Assembly: GCF_037042905.1 (NCBI RefSeq)
Contig: NC_087250.1
Location: forward strand, 26,662,001-26,726,000
Length of the DNA stretch: 64,000 bases
DNA from: Lytechinus pictus
Taxonomy: Eukaryota
Reading direction: 5' to 3'
Within the stretch, counting starts at the first letter, position 1. Every line of letters begins with the position of its first letter. Position numbers and translations under genes: made by a program. Shown one piece after another: positions 1 through 14,073 of this stretch. Below the pieces are notes generated by a model, which was given only the letters and a program-made list of their open reading frames with translations, ran no database searches and was not told where the DNA came from.

Positions 1-143
1 AACCGGGTCTGGAAAAAGACTTTGGACGTATATTATAATTTTGAAACAACCGGGTTTGGAAAAAAGACTTTGGACTTGTACTATATGAACGCATTACTAT
101 AGGATTTTAGTTTAGAACGAATTCGCAAAAAATCCCTTCAAAT

Positions 144-335
144 TTATTACATTTGTGGGTAAAGTCATTATTACATTTGTGGGAGATCAAAAATTATTAC
201 TTTTGTGGGTAAAGTGCATTATTACATTTGTGGGTAAAGTGTTATTACATTTGTGGGCGTTATTACATTTGCGGGTAAAGTGTTATTACATTTGTGGGCG
301 TTATTACATTTGTGGGCGTTATTACATTTGTGGAT
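144..335. repeat. Minisatellite-like array of TTATTACATTTGTGGG(TAAAGTG or CG)
   Basis: About eight copies of a 16 nt core with short variable linkers. Confidence 0.85.
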
Positions 336-513
336 GCAACAGGGGGACGCACTTTACAGTGTATAATATAATCATAATGAATGTTAATGTGTGCAATAGA
401 AAGAATACTTTATGAGGTGAAATAATTTATGAATTTGGATGCAAATACAAATGCAGTATGAGCGATGTATGTTGATCGTTGTACACATGCACGGTGTAAA
501 CTTTTTTTTTCTT

Positions 514-1068
514 GGTTACACTTCGTAATTCCGAAGGTTCGTAATTCCGAAACACGCAAATTGCCTATACCTCGATGTTCGTTAATCCGAAAACGTAAAA
601 GGGTTCATTAATCAGAACATTTGTGGTGTTATTCCGAAGGTTCGTTATTCCAAAGGTTCGATAATCCGAAAACGAAATAAGGTTCGATGTTCCGAAGGTT
701 CGTTAATCCGAAAACGAAATAAGGTACGTTATTTCGAAGGTTCGTTAATTCGAAAACGAAATAAGGTTCGTTGTTCCGAAGGTTTGTTAGTCCGAAAACG
801 AAATAAGGTTAGTTAATCATTTAGTTTTCGGACTAACAAACCTTCGGAATTATGAACCTCATTTCTTTTTCGGATTAACGAACCTTCGGAATTACGAACC
901 TCACTTCGTTTTCGGACTAAGAACCTTCGGAATTACGAACCTAATTTCGTTTTCGGACTAACAAACCTTCGGAATTAAGAACCTTAGGAAATACGAACCT
1001 TCGGAATAACGACCCTTCGGAATATCCGAACCTTCGGAATAACGAAGCTTCGAAATTACGATTGTATG
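514..1068. mobile_element. Palindromic MITE-like repeat built from TTCCGAAGGTTCG and CGAACCTTCGGAA subunits
   Basis: The left half is tandem (TAAT)TCCGAAGGTTCG units; from about 820 the right half is their reverse complement. Ends ACACTTCGTAATTCCGAAG and CTTCGAAATTACGATTGT are inverted. Confidence 0.75.
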
Positions 1069-1259
1069 CGTTTTTTTTTTACGTGTAGCCCTGGAGCACC
1101 TCGGCGATCTTAAGGCCCGTGCAATGTACAGATTTGTATGGGTGCAAAATCGCACAAATGATGTAATTGCAAAATGGGCTGTAAAATCGATATCAAACCA
1201 CCAATGAAATGTCAAAGGTCTATCTAGGGGTCATATCAGAGTCAATTAAAGTAATATAC

Positions 1260-1420
1260 CTTGATAGTAGCTTCGTGAGGTGGCAACATCTCCAGTTTTG
1301 CAAGATGTTGTTTACCAATCATGATAGTGATCTGACGATAGAATAAGCTATTAACTGATTGATTATACGTCTCCATCATCCATCGCACTGCTCTAGTCAT
1401 TAGACGATGAAACAAACCAT
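1260..1420 (-). CDS. Roco COR exon (DGLFHRLMTRAVRW..EATIK)
   Basis: tgtccacag| acceptor and AAG|GTATAT donor; 161 nt, phase 1 to 0; completes FLP-DGLFHRL across the splice. Confidence 0.9.
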
Positions 1421-3006
1421 CTGTGGACAGCAAAAATCATATTCATACTAACAAGAACAATAATAGTTATAACAATAATGACAATAGTTAAAATAATAAT
1501 AATAAATAACAGATGATTTATTTTTTTGCTCATCACATAAGAAAAACAATCTCGAATAGTCACCTTGATTTTTTTTCGGCTACTGACCGCAGCCGTCCTC
1601 AAATATATGCTCTATATTGGAAAGGGTGTGCACAGTCCTTTGAGGGAATTGTGAAAGGATCAATCTACATCCGGGCATTTAAACTTTTTTTCAATAAGGA
1701 CGAAGGGCAATACAAGTGTCCGAATGTTTATGACCCGATTATCGATTTGTCACTATATCATGTCACATAGCTGCTGAAGGCTGAAGTCAGCCGAAAATGC
1801 TGATGTAACTTTGAAAAAAAATCTTCAGTTGAGAGCAAGAAATTGGTAATTTGTGTTATTTCAACCAACACAGATACACTTTCATAATAATGATAACATG
1901 TTAGTGTCAGGCAAATCTTTTTGAAGTTACAAATATATTGAAAATCAAAAATGAATATAATTTTAGGAGAAAAATAAAATGTTTCCAACAATAGAGATAT
2001 ATACATGTATATACTGACAACCAAATCGTTAAAACCACAGATTTCAAACATCAATGAATCTCTTATTTCTAGGTTGAACATTATGGTAAATCTGCCATTT
2101 TATTGATTTTCGTTGGCTTTAGAGGATTTTCAATATTTTAACTACCACTGGCAAAAAGCATTTCATTCTACATATAATACACCTGGTCCAGTGCATTAGG
2201 TAACTTTTGCATTACATGTATGTACCTTCATGACCTTGGACCTGTTCTAGCATTAGGACTAGTTCAATTGTAAAAAGCGGGTGTAATTATGCTAATACCT
2301 GTGCAAGATGAGGAGTATTGTTTTCTTAAATGGAGGTTGAGTTGAGGGAGGGGATGAATGAAATAGAGTAAAGTGAAGGTAGTGGGCTTTCTGTGAGTCA
2401 GATGTGAATCTGGCCATCCCCATAGCAAGAGACTAAACCCGGGTTGAAAAATGGATTAGCACTATGTTGGATGTGGATTCTTGTTATACCTGATAAATCA
2501 TCAATATCTCAAAGCCATGACATACCAATATGAATAGTCATAATTTGTACATGAACCATTAGCATATATGCATGTTAACTAAAATGAATTCAGTTCAGTT
2601 CAGTTTATTTCCAAAGTTCACATTTATACAAACACATTACATTAGTTGACATGGTTATAACATATTATGAAATGAAATAAATGGTTCTTGAGGCAAATAG
2701 GAGTTTATACACAATATGGAGGACCAAAGTAGAATGCTTAGTTTGTGATTTATAGGCGCCAGATGAGAATATAAAAATTGGTGAGGATGGAAAATGGATT
2801 GTCCGATGAGGATCCTCGATCATCTTTATCTCAAAGCCATATGACTGGTAAATTTAACTAGACATGTGAATATGAATCATTAATATATATTCTTGTTAGC
2901 TAAAAAAAATGATTGGCCTTGTGATACATGTACATGTATTTTTCAGCAATCATATCATTACTAGGACTTTTTTGTTACAACTTCTTTTCAACAGATCACA
3001 GCTCAC

Positions 3007-3145
3007 CTGGTAGAAACCCTCTAAAGTCAATATAGAAGTCTGTGGAAGATTTGATCTGTCCAATATCCTCTGGAGAGCAACGAGCAGAGAACCTGGATGG
3101 AACGTAATAGCGCTTCTTAATGTCCCTCTCCGCGTCATCTGACAC
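3007..3145 (-). CDS. Roco COR exon (VSDDAERDIKKRYYVPSRFSARCSPEDIGQIKSSTDFYIDFRGFLP)
   Basis: ttctgatag| acceptor and CAG|GTGAGC donor; 139 nt, phase 0 to 1; a different frame from the listed ORF 2950..3261. Confidence 0.9.
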
Positions 3146-4266
3146 CTATCAGAACAAATCAAACCATGAATTATCAACTGATAAACTTTATTGATCTCTT
3201 CAGGAGAATTCTTCCTCCAAGAAATGAGGTAAATGTGCCTAAAGGGAAAGCTTGTCCTCAAAGTACATTCTTAAAAAAATACTTGTGGGATGGCAATGCA
3301 GATGTCAGAGAGCAAGGCTTCTTAATGTCCACCTGATACATACCATAATAAACAAAACAACGATTAATTAACAGATAAATGGATAGTAACGTGTGATTGT
3401 CAATACACTAAAAGAACACGGGAATAAAATCCTGAAAATAATCTTAAGCAATTAAACATTACACTTTATAGCATTAAATAAGAGTACTAATGCAGCCTTC
3501 TTCTCGATAAGATAAGGCCAAATAGGCATATGATGAATACAACATAAGTGGGAAAATTTTCTCTTGCAGCAAATTCACTAAAATTCATTCTGTAATCGGT
3601 AGCTGTGTAACAGTGAACGTTGCCCTTGAAATGATATTACTTAGTCCATAAGCATGACAAGAGCTTTAACTTATCCTCTACTTCTGCCAAGTTTTCTTTT
3701 TTGAACTACCTTGACGAAAAGATCAAAATTAGTCAGGAATTGGACTACATTAAGATCGCTTCGGGCCAAGGTAACCTTCTTGCCAACTATAACGGTTTAA
3801 TCTATTTCCAGAGGAGAAGACTTCCCTTTATCAAGCAAAGTTACCAAATAACTTCATTTGGTAATTGCACTTTAAGTGAAAATTTCCCCCTAGAGCATAA
3901 TATTCTCTAAAATCTAATGAATAATAGGAAAATTTACCTTCAAGCACAATACCCATTTAACCCTTTACCATGGCAAAAATCTTACATCAGAATTTATTAA
4001 ATCCCATGTTTGTTGCTAAGTGTGTTCTAAGGAAGATTCACAGATGAGTTCAAATTTGTTCATGCAATTGACTAACACTTCCATCTCTTCTAGAAACAAT
4101 GCAACAAAAATATGGATTTATCTATCCGTCAAGAGAGAGTTTCTTTATTGAGTGAATTAACTAGAAATGTTTCATTTCATAAATGTTGATAAAGGGGAAC
4201 TTTCCCCTTAGTAAATCACATTCACTGAATTTCTTATTTTATTCATGATAATGACAAGAACTTTAC

Positions 4267-4467
4267 CTTGGAATATCTTGTCTTCTCCTCTTCTGGTTGG
4301 AATTGTTCTCCTGGCATGACTGGAGCCTCACAAATGAGATCAAACTTGGCCATGAGTTGGACCAAGGCTTCCTTCTGCTCAAGGAAACCTGTCCACATAT
4401 GTTGAATCAACCTATCGTCCAGGATGCCATCTTCAAGGGTTGTCCAAGCATCGCTCACGATCCCATC
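4267..4467 (-). CDS. Roco COR exon (DGIVSDAWTTLEDGILDDRLIQHMW..LMAKFDLICE..RYSK)
   Basis: tttttcag| acceptor and AAG|GTAAAG donor; 201 nt. Confidence 0.92.
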
Positions 4468-5259
4468 CTGAAAAAAAAGGATCATTATGTGACAAGCCAT
4501 CCCAAAACCAATGCGAGACCAATAAATTTTCATAAAAGTTAGATTATGAAATAAGCTGTTTTAATCATGTACATTTCATTGAAAATACTACCACATTTTG
4601 GAATTACTTAGCCCTATGTCAGAGGGACATTTTTGGGACGTGCTGTACAGCTCCTTTTCCCAGTGCATGATCGATTTTGAATTGACCAAGTACGCCAAGT
4701 ATAAGTGCAACTACCCCTACATTTCGGCGATACTGAAACAAAATTTGCGGTAACTTTACTTGTGTTGCAAATTCCAGTTTTCTATATATGGAAATCGCAA
4801 TACTGAGTAAATAGATTAATATTATAAAATATGTCATATCATTTCTCACTCTCATGCACTCGTTGCCTCTCTCATTATATCTACCTATCTCTCATTCTCT
4901 CTCCTTTATATCTGATTTCAGGGGTGGTGCAAAAATGTCCAGCACTTCATTTGGCAATGGTTGCCAGGTAACAAAATTATCCTAACGAAATGGATAACTG
5001 GTAGGAAAGAATTCCTTGAAAACTTGAGCACCCCGTCAGGTTATCCGTGCTAATACCGGAGTAATAGGATATAGCGCTTAGAAACATTGTATCAAGCGCT
5101 ACTTAAATGTTGGATATAATTCATTTCATTCACCAGTTCTTTGGGGTCAAAAATCGTTATAAATTGAGGACATCGTTTAACCATTGAGGATTCAAGCTGA
5201 CAGTGTCTCTGAAAGGAGGCCTTTGATCATCAATTGCCCAAGGTATTTGTATTACTTAC

Positions 5260-5466
5260 CTGTTCGTTATGGTCCAATATTGTTATGACTTGCTTGAAGA
5301 CATCGATTAGCCACTGGGGATTCAAGATGACTATGTTTCTGAGGAGAGACTCTTTGTCATCAATATCTCCATAGTAAACTATGTATCCAAGTTCATGATA
5401 GAAGGTTAGCATGGCAAAAAGCTCATGCTCAGATTCCACTCCGATATTCCGCGTCAGTTCCTTGGT
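5260..5466 (-). CDS. Roco COR exon (TKELTRNIG..FYHELGYIVYYG..IVILNPQWLIDVFKQVITILDHNEQ)
   Basis: ttcttccag| acceptor and CAG|GTAAGT donor; 207 nt; COR signature. Confidence 0.94.
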
Positions 5467-5815
5467 CTGGAAGAATAATACATGGATTATAAATTCTCTG
5501 CAGAAACATTGTACTGCTTGATCAGTGACAATTTTGCTTGTACTCTTAAGCGATTGTTTTTGAAGGGTGAGGTATTTTATGTTATGCTACAAAACAGATT
5601 TCTACAAAAAAGGGTTTTATTTCGTGAAAAGTATAAGCTGAAATGCAAGCCATATCCCCAGAAATATACACATATAGGCTCAATTACTTTTGTTTTTTCC
5701 TTCATAAAAAACTATGAAACACTATAATGATGTTCTTGTCATCAGAGCAATATTAATTCGTTTACCCCTGAACTGTATTACACATGTAAAGTTGGATTTA
5801 ATAACTGACATTTAC

Positions 5816-5950
5816 CTCGTCTAAAGACATATAATGAATCTTATCCGCTGCTAGTGCCTTTTCAAATAAGAGCCATCTGATAGGAATCTCTTCACCCATA
5901 TAAGGCTCGTCCACAGCAACCTCTGTTATACGTGTCCTTAATGCAATCAG
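5816..5950 (-). CDS. Roco exon at the Roc/COR junction (LIALRTRITEVAVDEPYMGEEIPIRWLLFEKALAADKIHYMSLDE)
   Basis: ccttttag| acceptor and GAG|GTAAAT donor; 135 nt. Confidence 0.92.
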
Positions 5951-6538
5951 CTAAAAGGCAAATACAATATAAAACATCAATAATAGTGAACGAGGTTCAT
6001 ATGAATTATCACAAGTTTATTCAAGAAATGCAGACGCATATTTAAAGATGTTTAAAAATTGACATATATTGCAGAGAGAGATAACCCTATAGGTAATATT
6101 GCACAATACTCTCAATGAAAGATAATTATGTTGATGAACAGTATGCTAGCGGAAATGACAGGATCAATATGTAATATAACGCATATCTTTCAAAAGCATG
6201 GCCATAACATCGGAATCTTCAGGCTTTATTTTTTTTTTTTCTTTGAGTTTACGAGGCCTCTATATTCTTTCTTTTTAAAGATTTCGATCCATAGCAGACC
6301 ACAGTTATTGTACAATACTTCTACGAGCATTATTAAAAGTATCTGTTAACTACACCCAATGCGCTGGACCTATCCATACTGACACATCTCTTGAGCTACT
6401 CGAACGGTCATGAATATTCATGACGCATTGTCTGAGAGAATAAACCTTAATGATAACAGTTTTCTCGTGGATTTTAACATCGCCCTATCATCAAAAGTAA
6501 AAACGCCTCCCATTTTTCATTTTTAGAATTAACGTACC

Positions 6539-7083
6539 TGGTGTTTCATAAAGCCGTTCGTAAGTTACAAGTAACTTCACAGGTGAACCTTTCTTGTGCT
6601 TAATAATATATCTATGGTGACTCTGAAGTCCGGTCGCTCATACAGGAATTTAGTTGTGAAGTTCACGATTTTTGTTGCTGACTTCGCAATTTCAGTCGTT
6701 GCAAAAAAGGACTAGTTAGCATGCGGTAACTATGGGACTAGTCTAAACCCACTTGGCTGCACATCATGGGTTTAACAGTTCTATAGTTACCTTATGCTCA
6801 CAAAACCTACCGTTGCACTCACATCTGTGCATCATTTGTATACTATTATACCCCTATGTAGATGACTTGGAGCCTGCAAACATGCTCCAGTAGTGCCTTA
6901 ATTCATACATAACTTTACCAACAATACGCACCTGGCGTGTGTTTCATAACGCCGTGTGTAAGTAAATTATCGAACACATAAACCAAGTTTTTATTAAAGT
7001 TGATACACTTCATAGCGACTGAGAGGAGATCACCAGTCGCGCTTAAAGTCGTTCATAACTTTCAAACAACTTTATGAAACACC
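6539..7083. mobile_element. MITE with GGTGTTTCATAAAG ... CTTTATGAAACACC termini
   Basis: 14 bp perfect inverted repeat plus imperfect subterminal similarity. Confidence 0.6.
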
Positions 7084-7105
7084 TATCTGGTTATAGTTCA
7101 TATAC

Positions 7106-7219
7106 CTCTTCATCTTTATCCTCTAAGCTGTTTTCAACGGCATAGTACTGGGGGACCACATGGCATTGAAATGGCTTTCCCTTGATCGTGTTCCGAATCT
7201 TCTTGAAAGCAGATTCAAT
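7106..7219 (-). CDS. Roco exon (IESAFKKIRNTIKGKPFQCHVVPQYYAVENSLEDKDEE), G5 region
   Basis: ttcctcccag| acceptor and GAG|GTATAT donor; 114 nt. Confidence 0.9.
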
Positions 7220-7337
7220 CTGGGAGGAAAATGAAAACCAAAATATGTATATATGTATATATATATATATATATATCAAAAGGATACTGAGTTTACTGAG
7301 TTTTTTTAAATATGCCTATTTTATCAAAATTAACAGC

Positions 7338-7474
7338 TGGGGAGCATTTCATCAATATTTTTGTCAGATAAATTGGTTTATTTTGATTGGCTGAGATGCA
7401 TAGTTCTTATTTGTCGAATGAAACAGGACTTGTCAGATAAAATGTGTGACAACTTCTTTCATGAAACACTCCCC
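7338..7474. mobile_element. Small MITE (GGGGAGCATTTCATCAA ... TTCATGAAACACTCCCC)
   Basis: Imperfect terminal inverted repeats. Confidence 0.5.
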
Positions 7475-9082
7475 GGGACCGGCATTTCATTCAAAATTTA
7501 AGCATAAGGTTTAAGTATTTTACCCAGAATCCTGCGAAAGTAAAATATCCTCCCTTTTTAAAGATATAATTACATGTATCATAAGTATTTGTATAACTCA
7601 CGTCAGCCCCATATGACGAATATAAAAAACAATTGAGGGACCTGCTTACGATTTACAGATTACATAAATGCCATCACCGTAAATTCGGCCCAAGCCGTGG
7701 GGGGGGGGAGGATAGTAATATATTGACCAGAAAATATAAAAACAATTGAGGGACATCCCAAGACCCAGGGCTTGTATAATCGGGTATAAAACCGTGGACA
7801 TAATAACAGTTAAAAGTTCAAAATGCAAACGAGCAAATTTTCAGGAATTGGAAGACGGAAACCAAAAACCTCTTTCCAGTGGCGTGTAATAATCATAATT
7901 AGCACGTGCAACGTGTTCGTAATACTACCATATTTCGGTTAAAGGCCGATCAGGTTTTTTTTTTCGACGGCTTATGTTCTTATTGATTTGTTATGATATT
8001 AACTACTGAATAGCAGTTAATAATCAAATGCGAGAGAGCTAAGACAGAGTGATGATCAAAATAGTCTGTCAAGGGGTATGTAATTATTCAAAGAAATGTG
8101 GCAAATGAGCGAAATGAGTGAGTTGCTTCAGTCTTTTGAAATAATATGCATACATTACAGAGCCTGATAAGGGTAGATTACCAATAACGTAAACTTTAGA
8201 AGAATATGCTTAAAACACCCCAGTTTTTACTGGTAAAAGGTAGGATGAAAATTAAAAAATGGGATCATGATTATCGGGATTAAGGGTGGTTTACATTGCT
8301 AATTATTTGGTTAGTTTTCACGACGTCGCAAAGGTTATTATCAGGTATTTGGCTTAACTTTGGCTTGATAAACTAAAATAAATAACAGTGATCTGTATAA
8401 AAAGTATGCTTGTTTGCTTAGCCAAGAGATATACTGACAATAAACCTAGCAATTCAGTGCTCTTAAAACCCACCCAGGCCTGTAAATGAAATTCTATCAA
8501 AAAATGATTTTTTAAATAAATTCAATCTAATGAGTTCCCAATAATGCGTTTTTGAAATTCACTTATATATCAGTACCTTTCTTTACACAAATAGGTTAAT
8601 GGAATCAAAGCTTTTATTGAGTTGAGTAAGGTTTAGAGTTGGTCATTAGAGGAAATTTACATGCATGGAGAAGTATCCTTTGTTCGAACATTTTGAATAA
8701 ATGGACACATGCATACCACCAAAAAGAATCGTCAAAATACAAATGGAAAATACAAATAAAAATACAAAAATATATACAGGAAATAAATATTTACAACTTT
8801 TGCTAATATCCAATATGTAAGGATTGTTAAAACGTTGTGTAAGTTTATGGTGTATATATTTTTCATATGACTTGTCAGTGTCCATGTTTGGTATAAATAA
8901 TGGTCGTCAGATATACAATTATCATGTCAAGAAGATGTGCATTTGTATTTGCCATTTTGTGCATATTGTAAAGGTGAGAGAACTAAATTATATACCATAA
9001 AATAACTATAAATGTATAGTCTTGTTATGTTAACAGAATTAAAATTGTATTATGAATGCACATGAAAGTACTAACTAATTAC

Positions 9083-9283
9083 CTTCTTCTTTTGTTCATT
9101 TGCATCTCCCGTCACACTGTCTCGATGCGTTCCAACAATGAATATTGGTGGAGATTTCTGTTTGGCTTTGGATGTGTTCTTATTCAGGACTGATGGGGGC
9201 GGCACAGCATGGGCAAAGATGGAGCACAACCAGAAGTTGATGAATTCGAGACATGTCAACTCTGCCTTGGCACCTCCTTTAGC
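9083..9283 (-). CDS. Roco exon with Roc G4 (AKGGAKAELTCLEFINFWLCSIFAH..SPPIFIVGTHRD..EQKK)
   Basis: actatcag| acceptor and AAG|GTAATT donor; 201 nt. Confidence 0.93.
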
Positions 9284-11399
9284 CTGATAGTGGGTTATAA
9301 GAAATAATGAGAATGATGGATCGGATCCTAATCAAATAATTAGTTGAGAGCGGTCATGTGACCGTGCATTCATTTTGGCTAATGTCCAATTTTATCATTG
9401 GTAAAAAATCAATAACTTTGGGGGGAAGGTGAAATGTAACTTGCCATATCTCCGCTTGCATATGTCATAAATACGTCATTCATGTATCAAAAATGTTGCT
9501 GGGTGACAGCTCTAACGCTACAAAAGTGAAAGTGAGATATCGAATATAGGAATACACCAATGGCAAGTGTCCATTTCCACTGATCTCAAGCAGATATGAA
9601 AAAAATGAGAAAAAAAAATCTATTTTTGTGTTTATATATAACACGCTCTTTAAAACTGTACTTGTATAAAATATGCATTATTCATAACAAAATTAAGCTT
9701 TCTTAAAAATTTTCAGATATGCTTGACCTAGCCTGCGGGCTACTATTTACAATCTTGCAGTCCCGTTAGTTTGGGATTCAACGCTGCTTAAATCAATTAG
9801 AATTACTTTTTAGTGGCGATATAATCTGATCCAAACCAAATTCATTACCACTGGCGTAGGATCCTGCCCTCAAAAATTAAAATTATGGGGCCAGACATGG
9901 AGTATGGGGCAAAATGTCTAAGGAACTGTGTGCGACTGAAGCAATTGAGCCAAAAATACGTTTTTGATACACTGATATGTTGTTTGACGGATTATAACAT
10001 ATTATCCAGAAAATACAATATTTCCTCCTCCTCCTTTCCTTCACTTTCTTCTAACTTATTTTTTTTCGTGAAATGTGTTTAGGGGTCAACGGCCCCACCC
10101 CCGCCCCATTTTTTACAGCAGTATTCATTACTGAACGTCATGATATGTAAATATTTTCAAGTCGAGTTTCCCCTTATCGTCTTTGTTTATATCAATCCCC
10201 CGGCCCCCGTAAGTATGATGATCTCCGCCACCTAAATAACAAGTACAGTGTACCAAAATAATACTGGATGATAGGCCCAGTGATACGACAAAGATTTCAT
10301 AGTGAAAATCATTATTTCGTGATAATTTTCAAGCGAAGTTTACATTTCAATTTTTGATAATCAAGTTCAATTCTCAGATAAATGTTACTATACTCAGTAT
10401 TCCCACTCATTTTAAAAGTAATAACGTTATTGAGGGAATGTTGCAGTTTTTTGTTGTTTAATTTAACTTCATTTAAAATAAAGTAAACATCTATTTCATT
10501 CAAAATGACATTTAATACATTTTCATGTATAAATATACACATAAATGACTTCATTAATATAGTAAAGAAAACAATTAATGTAAAATACATTATAGAAATT
10601 GTACATGGAAGAATGTGTAAGAACCAAGAAAGCAGGTGCCTTCGTCGGAAATTGGGATACCTTAAAGATCATGAGTAAACAACAATTAAAAAAAAAAGGG
10701 CTTAGAGAAGGGAAATGAAGAAAAGAGAAGAGAGAAGATAAGAGCATAGCCATGATAGCGAGGCGAGCAAGCAAGTACAATAATAAAGGGCATGAATTTA
10801 TGATGCGAAAGACCTACAGTAGGAGTAGATTTAACGCATATTTTAGTGAAGCAGCTTTTTATTTTTATTGATATCTTGTAAATTATTGAAGAGATATTTG
10901 CTCACAATATAATCCTGGCATATTAAAGCCTATTTTTACAGAAACCTGTTAAAAGTTACCTCACCCTCTTTCGTACTTGACATGTATTTGGAAATATCGT
11001 CTTTTTTCTATCTTTCTATCTTTTTTCGATTCACACTGTCTCTCTTAACCCCATACTATTTGCTTATCAGGGGTTAACGCCTTAACCCCTGGCTATCACA
11101 CAGCTCATGAATATTGATGATGTTACCTTACAGAGCACAATTAACGTTCAATTTCGACTTATTTGATTGGCTAATGCTTAGCCCTACTCTTCCTTAGCTC
11201 AGTTTCGTTTCACACTGCATCTCCTAGCACCACAATTATGGTGCTAGCACCACAATTAACACCCCCCCCTCTCACTTAGCCCTATCAATTTCCCTGGGTT
11301 ACGAAACAAAGTGCAGTGTGAAAAACATATAAGGGGGTAGGCTCAATTTCCTATCACTTCTTTGTATGCAGCTAATAGAAAAATAATTACTCTTTTGAG

Positions 11400-11950
11400 C
11401 CCAAGTAGATATAAGAGACATTTAATTGACATTTTTGCTGTATCGGAAACAGCTTTTTGCCTCGATGGGGACTCCAAACTGGCAGTTTTTCCCATGAATA
11501 TGCAAAATACGGAAAGGGGTAGGTAACTTCGGCAGCCCCTCTGTGTGGTATAGGCTTCGATGTCTCAGCACTTCTTTATAAAAACCTACTATTTTGTCTT
11601 CAAATGATTTTATTACAATAACAGTGGTTTTACTACATACCAGATATTTCCTTTTTGCCTCAACGGGGCCCAAAAATGGTAGATTTTTACATAAATATGT
11701 AAAATACTGAAAATGGCTGGGTGACTTTGGCAGTCCCTCTGAGCGAGAAGGTTGCCAGCACCTCTTTATTTATAACAGATGGATAAAAGATTACTCCTTT
11801 GTCTTAAAGTGGTTTCAAATGAATAAAAGACGGTTTACTATGTAGTAGAAATGCTATGTGCCTCTATAGGGACTTCAAAATGGCAGAATTTCCAAGAAAT
11901 AGAAAAACTTCGGAAAAAAGATGGGGTGAATTTGGCAGCCCCCCCCCCCC
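11400..11950. repeat. Diverged tandem repeat, about 200 bp period, about 3 copies
   Basis: TGCCTC..GGGACT.CAAA.TGGCAG..GGT.A.TTTGGCAG.CC recurs near 11458, 11656 and 11859. Confidence 0.6.
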
Positions 11951-12663
11951 CTGGGCCAATGAGCCCTATAAAAGAATTCAAAATTTAAAGAAATTAGAAA
12001 CAAAATTAGTTTGAAGAGAGAAAATGGAATATGGTTGGGATCAGATTATATCCCCAATGAACAAGAAATGCTAATTGATTCACGCAGCGTTGGATCTCAA
12101 ATTGATGGCACTACAAGATTGTGAAAAGTAGCACATATTATAGTAGTTAAAATTAAAACATATCTGAAATGTTTAGAAATATTGCCTAAATATTAATTCT
12201 GTTATAAATAATCATTATTAGGCACACTGTTGTTATATAGAGCGCCTCATGTTTAAGAACACAAAATCACTTTATCGTATCATTTTTTTCATATCTACTT
12301 GAGATGGAACTGGATATTGGCCATGAGTGTATTCCCATTTTGAAAGATTGATATCTAAATTTCACTTTTAAATGTTAATGTAGCGTTAGAGCTATCACCC
12401 AGCAACATTTCAATACATGAATGGCGTACCAATGACATATACAAGCGGAGATATGGCAACTTACATTTCACCTTACCCTTAAAGGTTATTGATCTTTTCA
12501 TTTTTTTTTTGCTTTTTTACATCGCTCTTTAAATTTGACTGTAGAAAAAAGGTGATACCCCCAATTTGAGACTACTACCTACCTAGCAGTAATCTAGAGG
12601 GTCCACAATATCCCCCTATGGTATCAAACATATTCTGTGGTGTGGGTTGTACGAACTCCTTAA

Positions 12664-13434
12664 CCCTAATTCTCCCGGGGGGGGGGGCCATAATGGCCCC
12701 CCCCCTCGAACAATTTTCGCGATATATCCGCTGCGCAAATTTTTTTGACCTCGCCGCTCACTGACTTTTTACTTTCAAGTCTCGCGCAAATTTTGAGACC
12801 AAATTTGTGACGACCGGATACGCGGTTACGACATTACGCAACATTATGTAAGTGCATGTCAGACCCAAAATTGCTCACAAATGTGATTTCATGTACAAAT
12901 CCAATGCAAATTGTGTATTTAGCCAAAATTCATAAATGTATCATTATTTCTACTTTTACTGATTGAATTTAATTAATTTTGCCTTGCTTTTATGATCGGA
13001 ATTAAGTCTGGAACGATTTCCATTGAAAAAACAATAAAAAAACAAAAAGTAAAAAAACAATGAAATACATAAGAAATTCATAAAACAATAAAATACATAA
13101 GAAATTGATTTCCAAACTGAAGTTTTTTTTAATTGCGATTGTTAAGAATGCTACAAAGAATATTTTAACCCAAAATTAGCATTCTTGGAGCTTTATTTAG
13201 TGAATTAGAGCAAAAAGTATGATTTATGCATAAATTAGCATAATTAATTCATATAAAATAAAATCTCATTATTTTGGAAAATTTTACCATACAGCCTTGT
13301 AGATTACATCGCACACAACCAGCGTGCAAATTTTTGCGTCGCTCGAGCGATCATCGGCCGAGATCTTAAGGGGGGGCCATAATGGCCCCCCCCCCGGGAA
13401 TGACAAGAATCAAAATACCCCGGGAGATTGAGGG
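12664..13434. mobile_element. piggyBac-type non-autonomous element
   Basis: TTAA at 12660-12663 and 13435-13438. TIRs CCCTAATTCTCCCGGGG and CCCCGGGAGATTGAGGG match 15/17. Subterminal GGGGCCATAATGGCCCC palindromes at both ends. Confidence 0.88.
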
Positions 13435-14073
13435 TTAAATAGGGCCCTTGAGATTTTGCTCCCGGACTATGATAATCAAAACTATTAGGATAGTCGTGCT
13501 TTTTTGGATGAGGGTGGTTTTTGAGATAACATTGATCTATGCATTGTATCATTTTATGAAAAGTTCACATCATATAAAAAAATACTTATCATTTTGTTCT
13601 GTCGTTGCTCTATTCACGGACATGATCCCTCGTGTACATAATTTGTTTAGAGACATTTTCCATGTACTGTGCTAATTCAACTCACAATAACTTTCTAAAG
13701 AAAAACTTTTACTGATGTACAGTAGTCTCCAGGTACTCTGCATGTATTGTAGAGTTGAAGTTGACTGTCCGCTTTGTACTACTCTAGTAAACCATGTTGA
13801 ACAAATTGGGCAAAGAGCTTTAATTGGCATCAATATCAATTCTTGAAAATTCCAAAACAACAGGGCCATGAAAATTATTCAAAATATAACAGAATAATAT
13901 GTACTGCATCAGTATGGAGATACTGAATTTTCAAACTATAACAATTTCTACAATTCTTAAATTGGCAAGATTTTGGAATTGAGAAAATTATTGTCTATGC
14001 AAACGCCAAATTCTAACTGTGCATTGTCAAATCTTATTCTACATTATCAGGTACTAAAAAAACTAAAAAGCAG

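Noticed and set aside
144..335. CRISPR-like repeat array (and ORF 155..415)
   Set aside because: Linkers are only about 2-13 nt and mostly repeated, there are no cas genes, and the context is a eukaryotic intron. It is a minisatellite and the ORF is a by-product.
2950..3261. Listed ORF 2950..3261 as a protein
   Set aside because: It overlaps the real exon 3007-3145 in a different reading frame.
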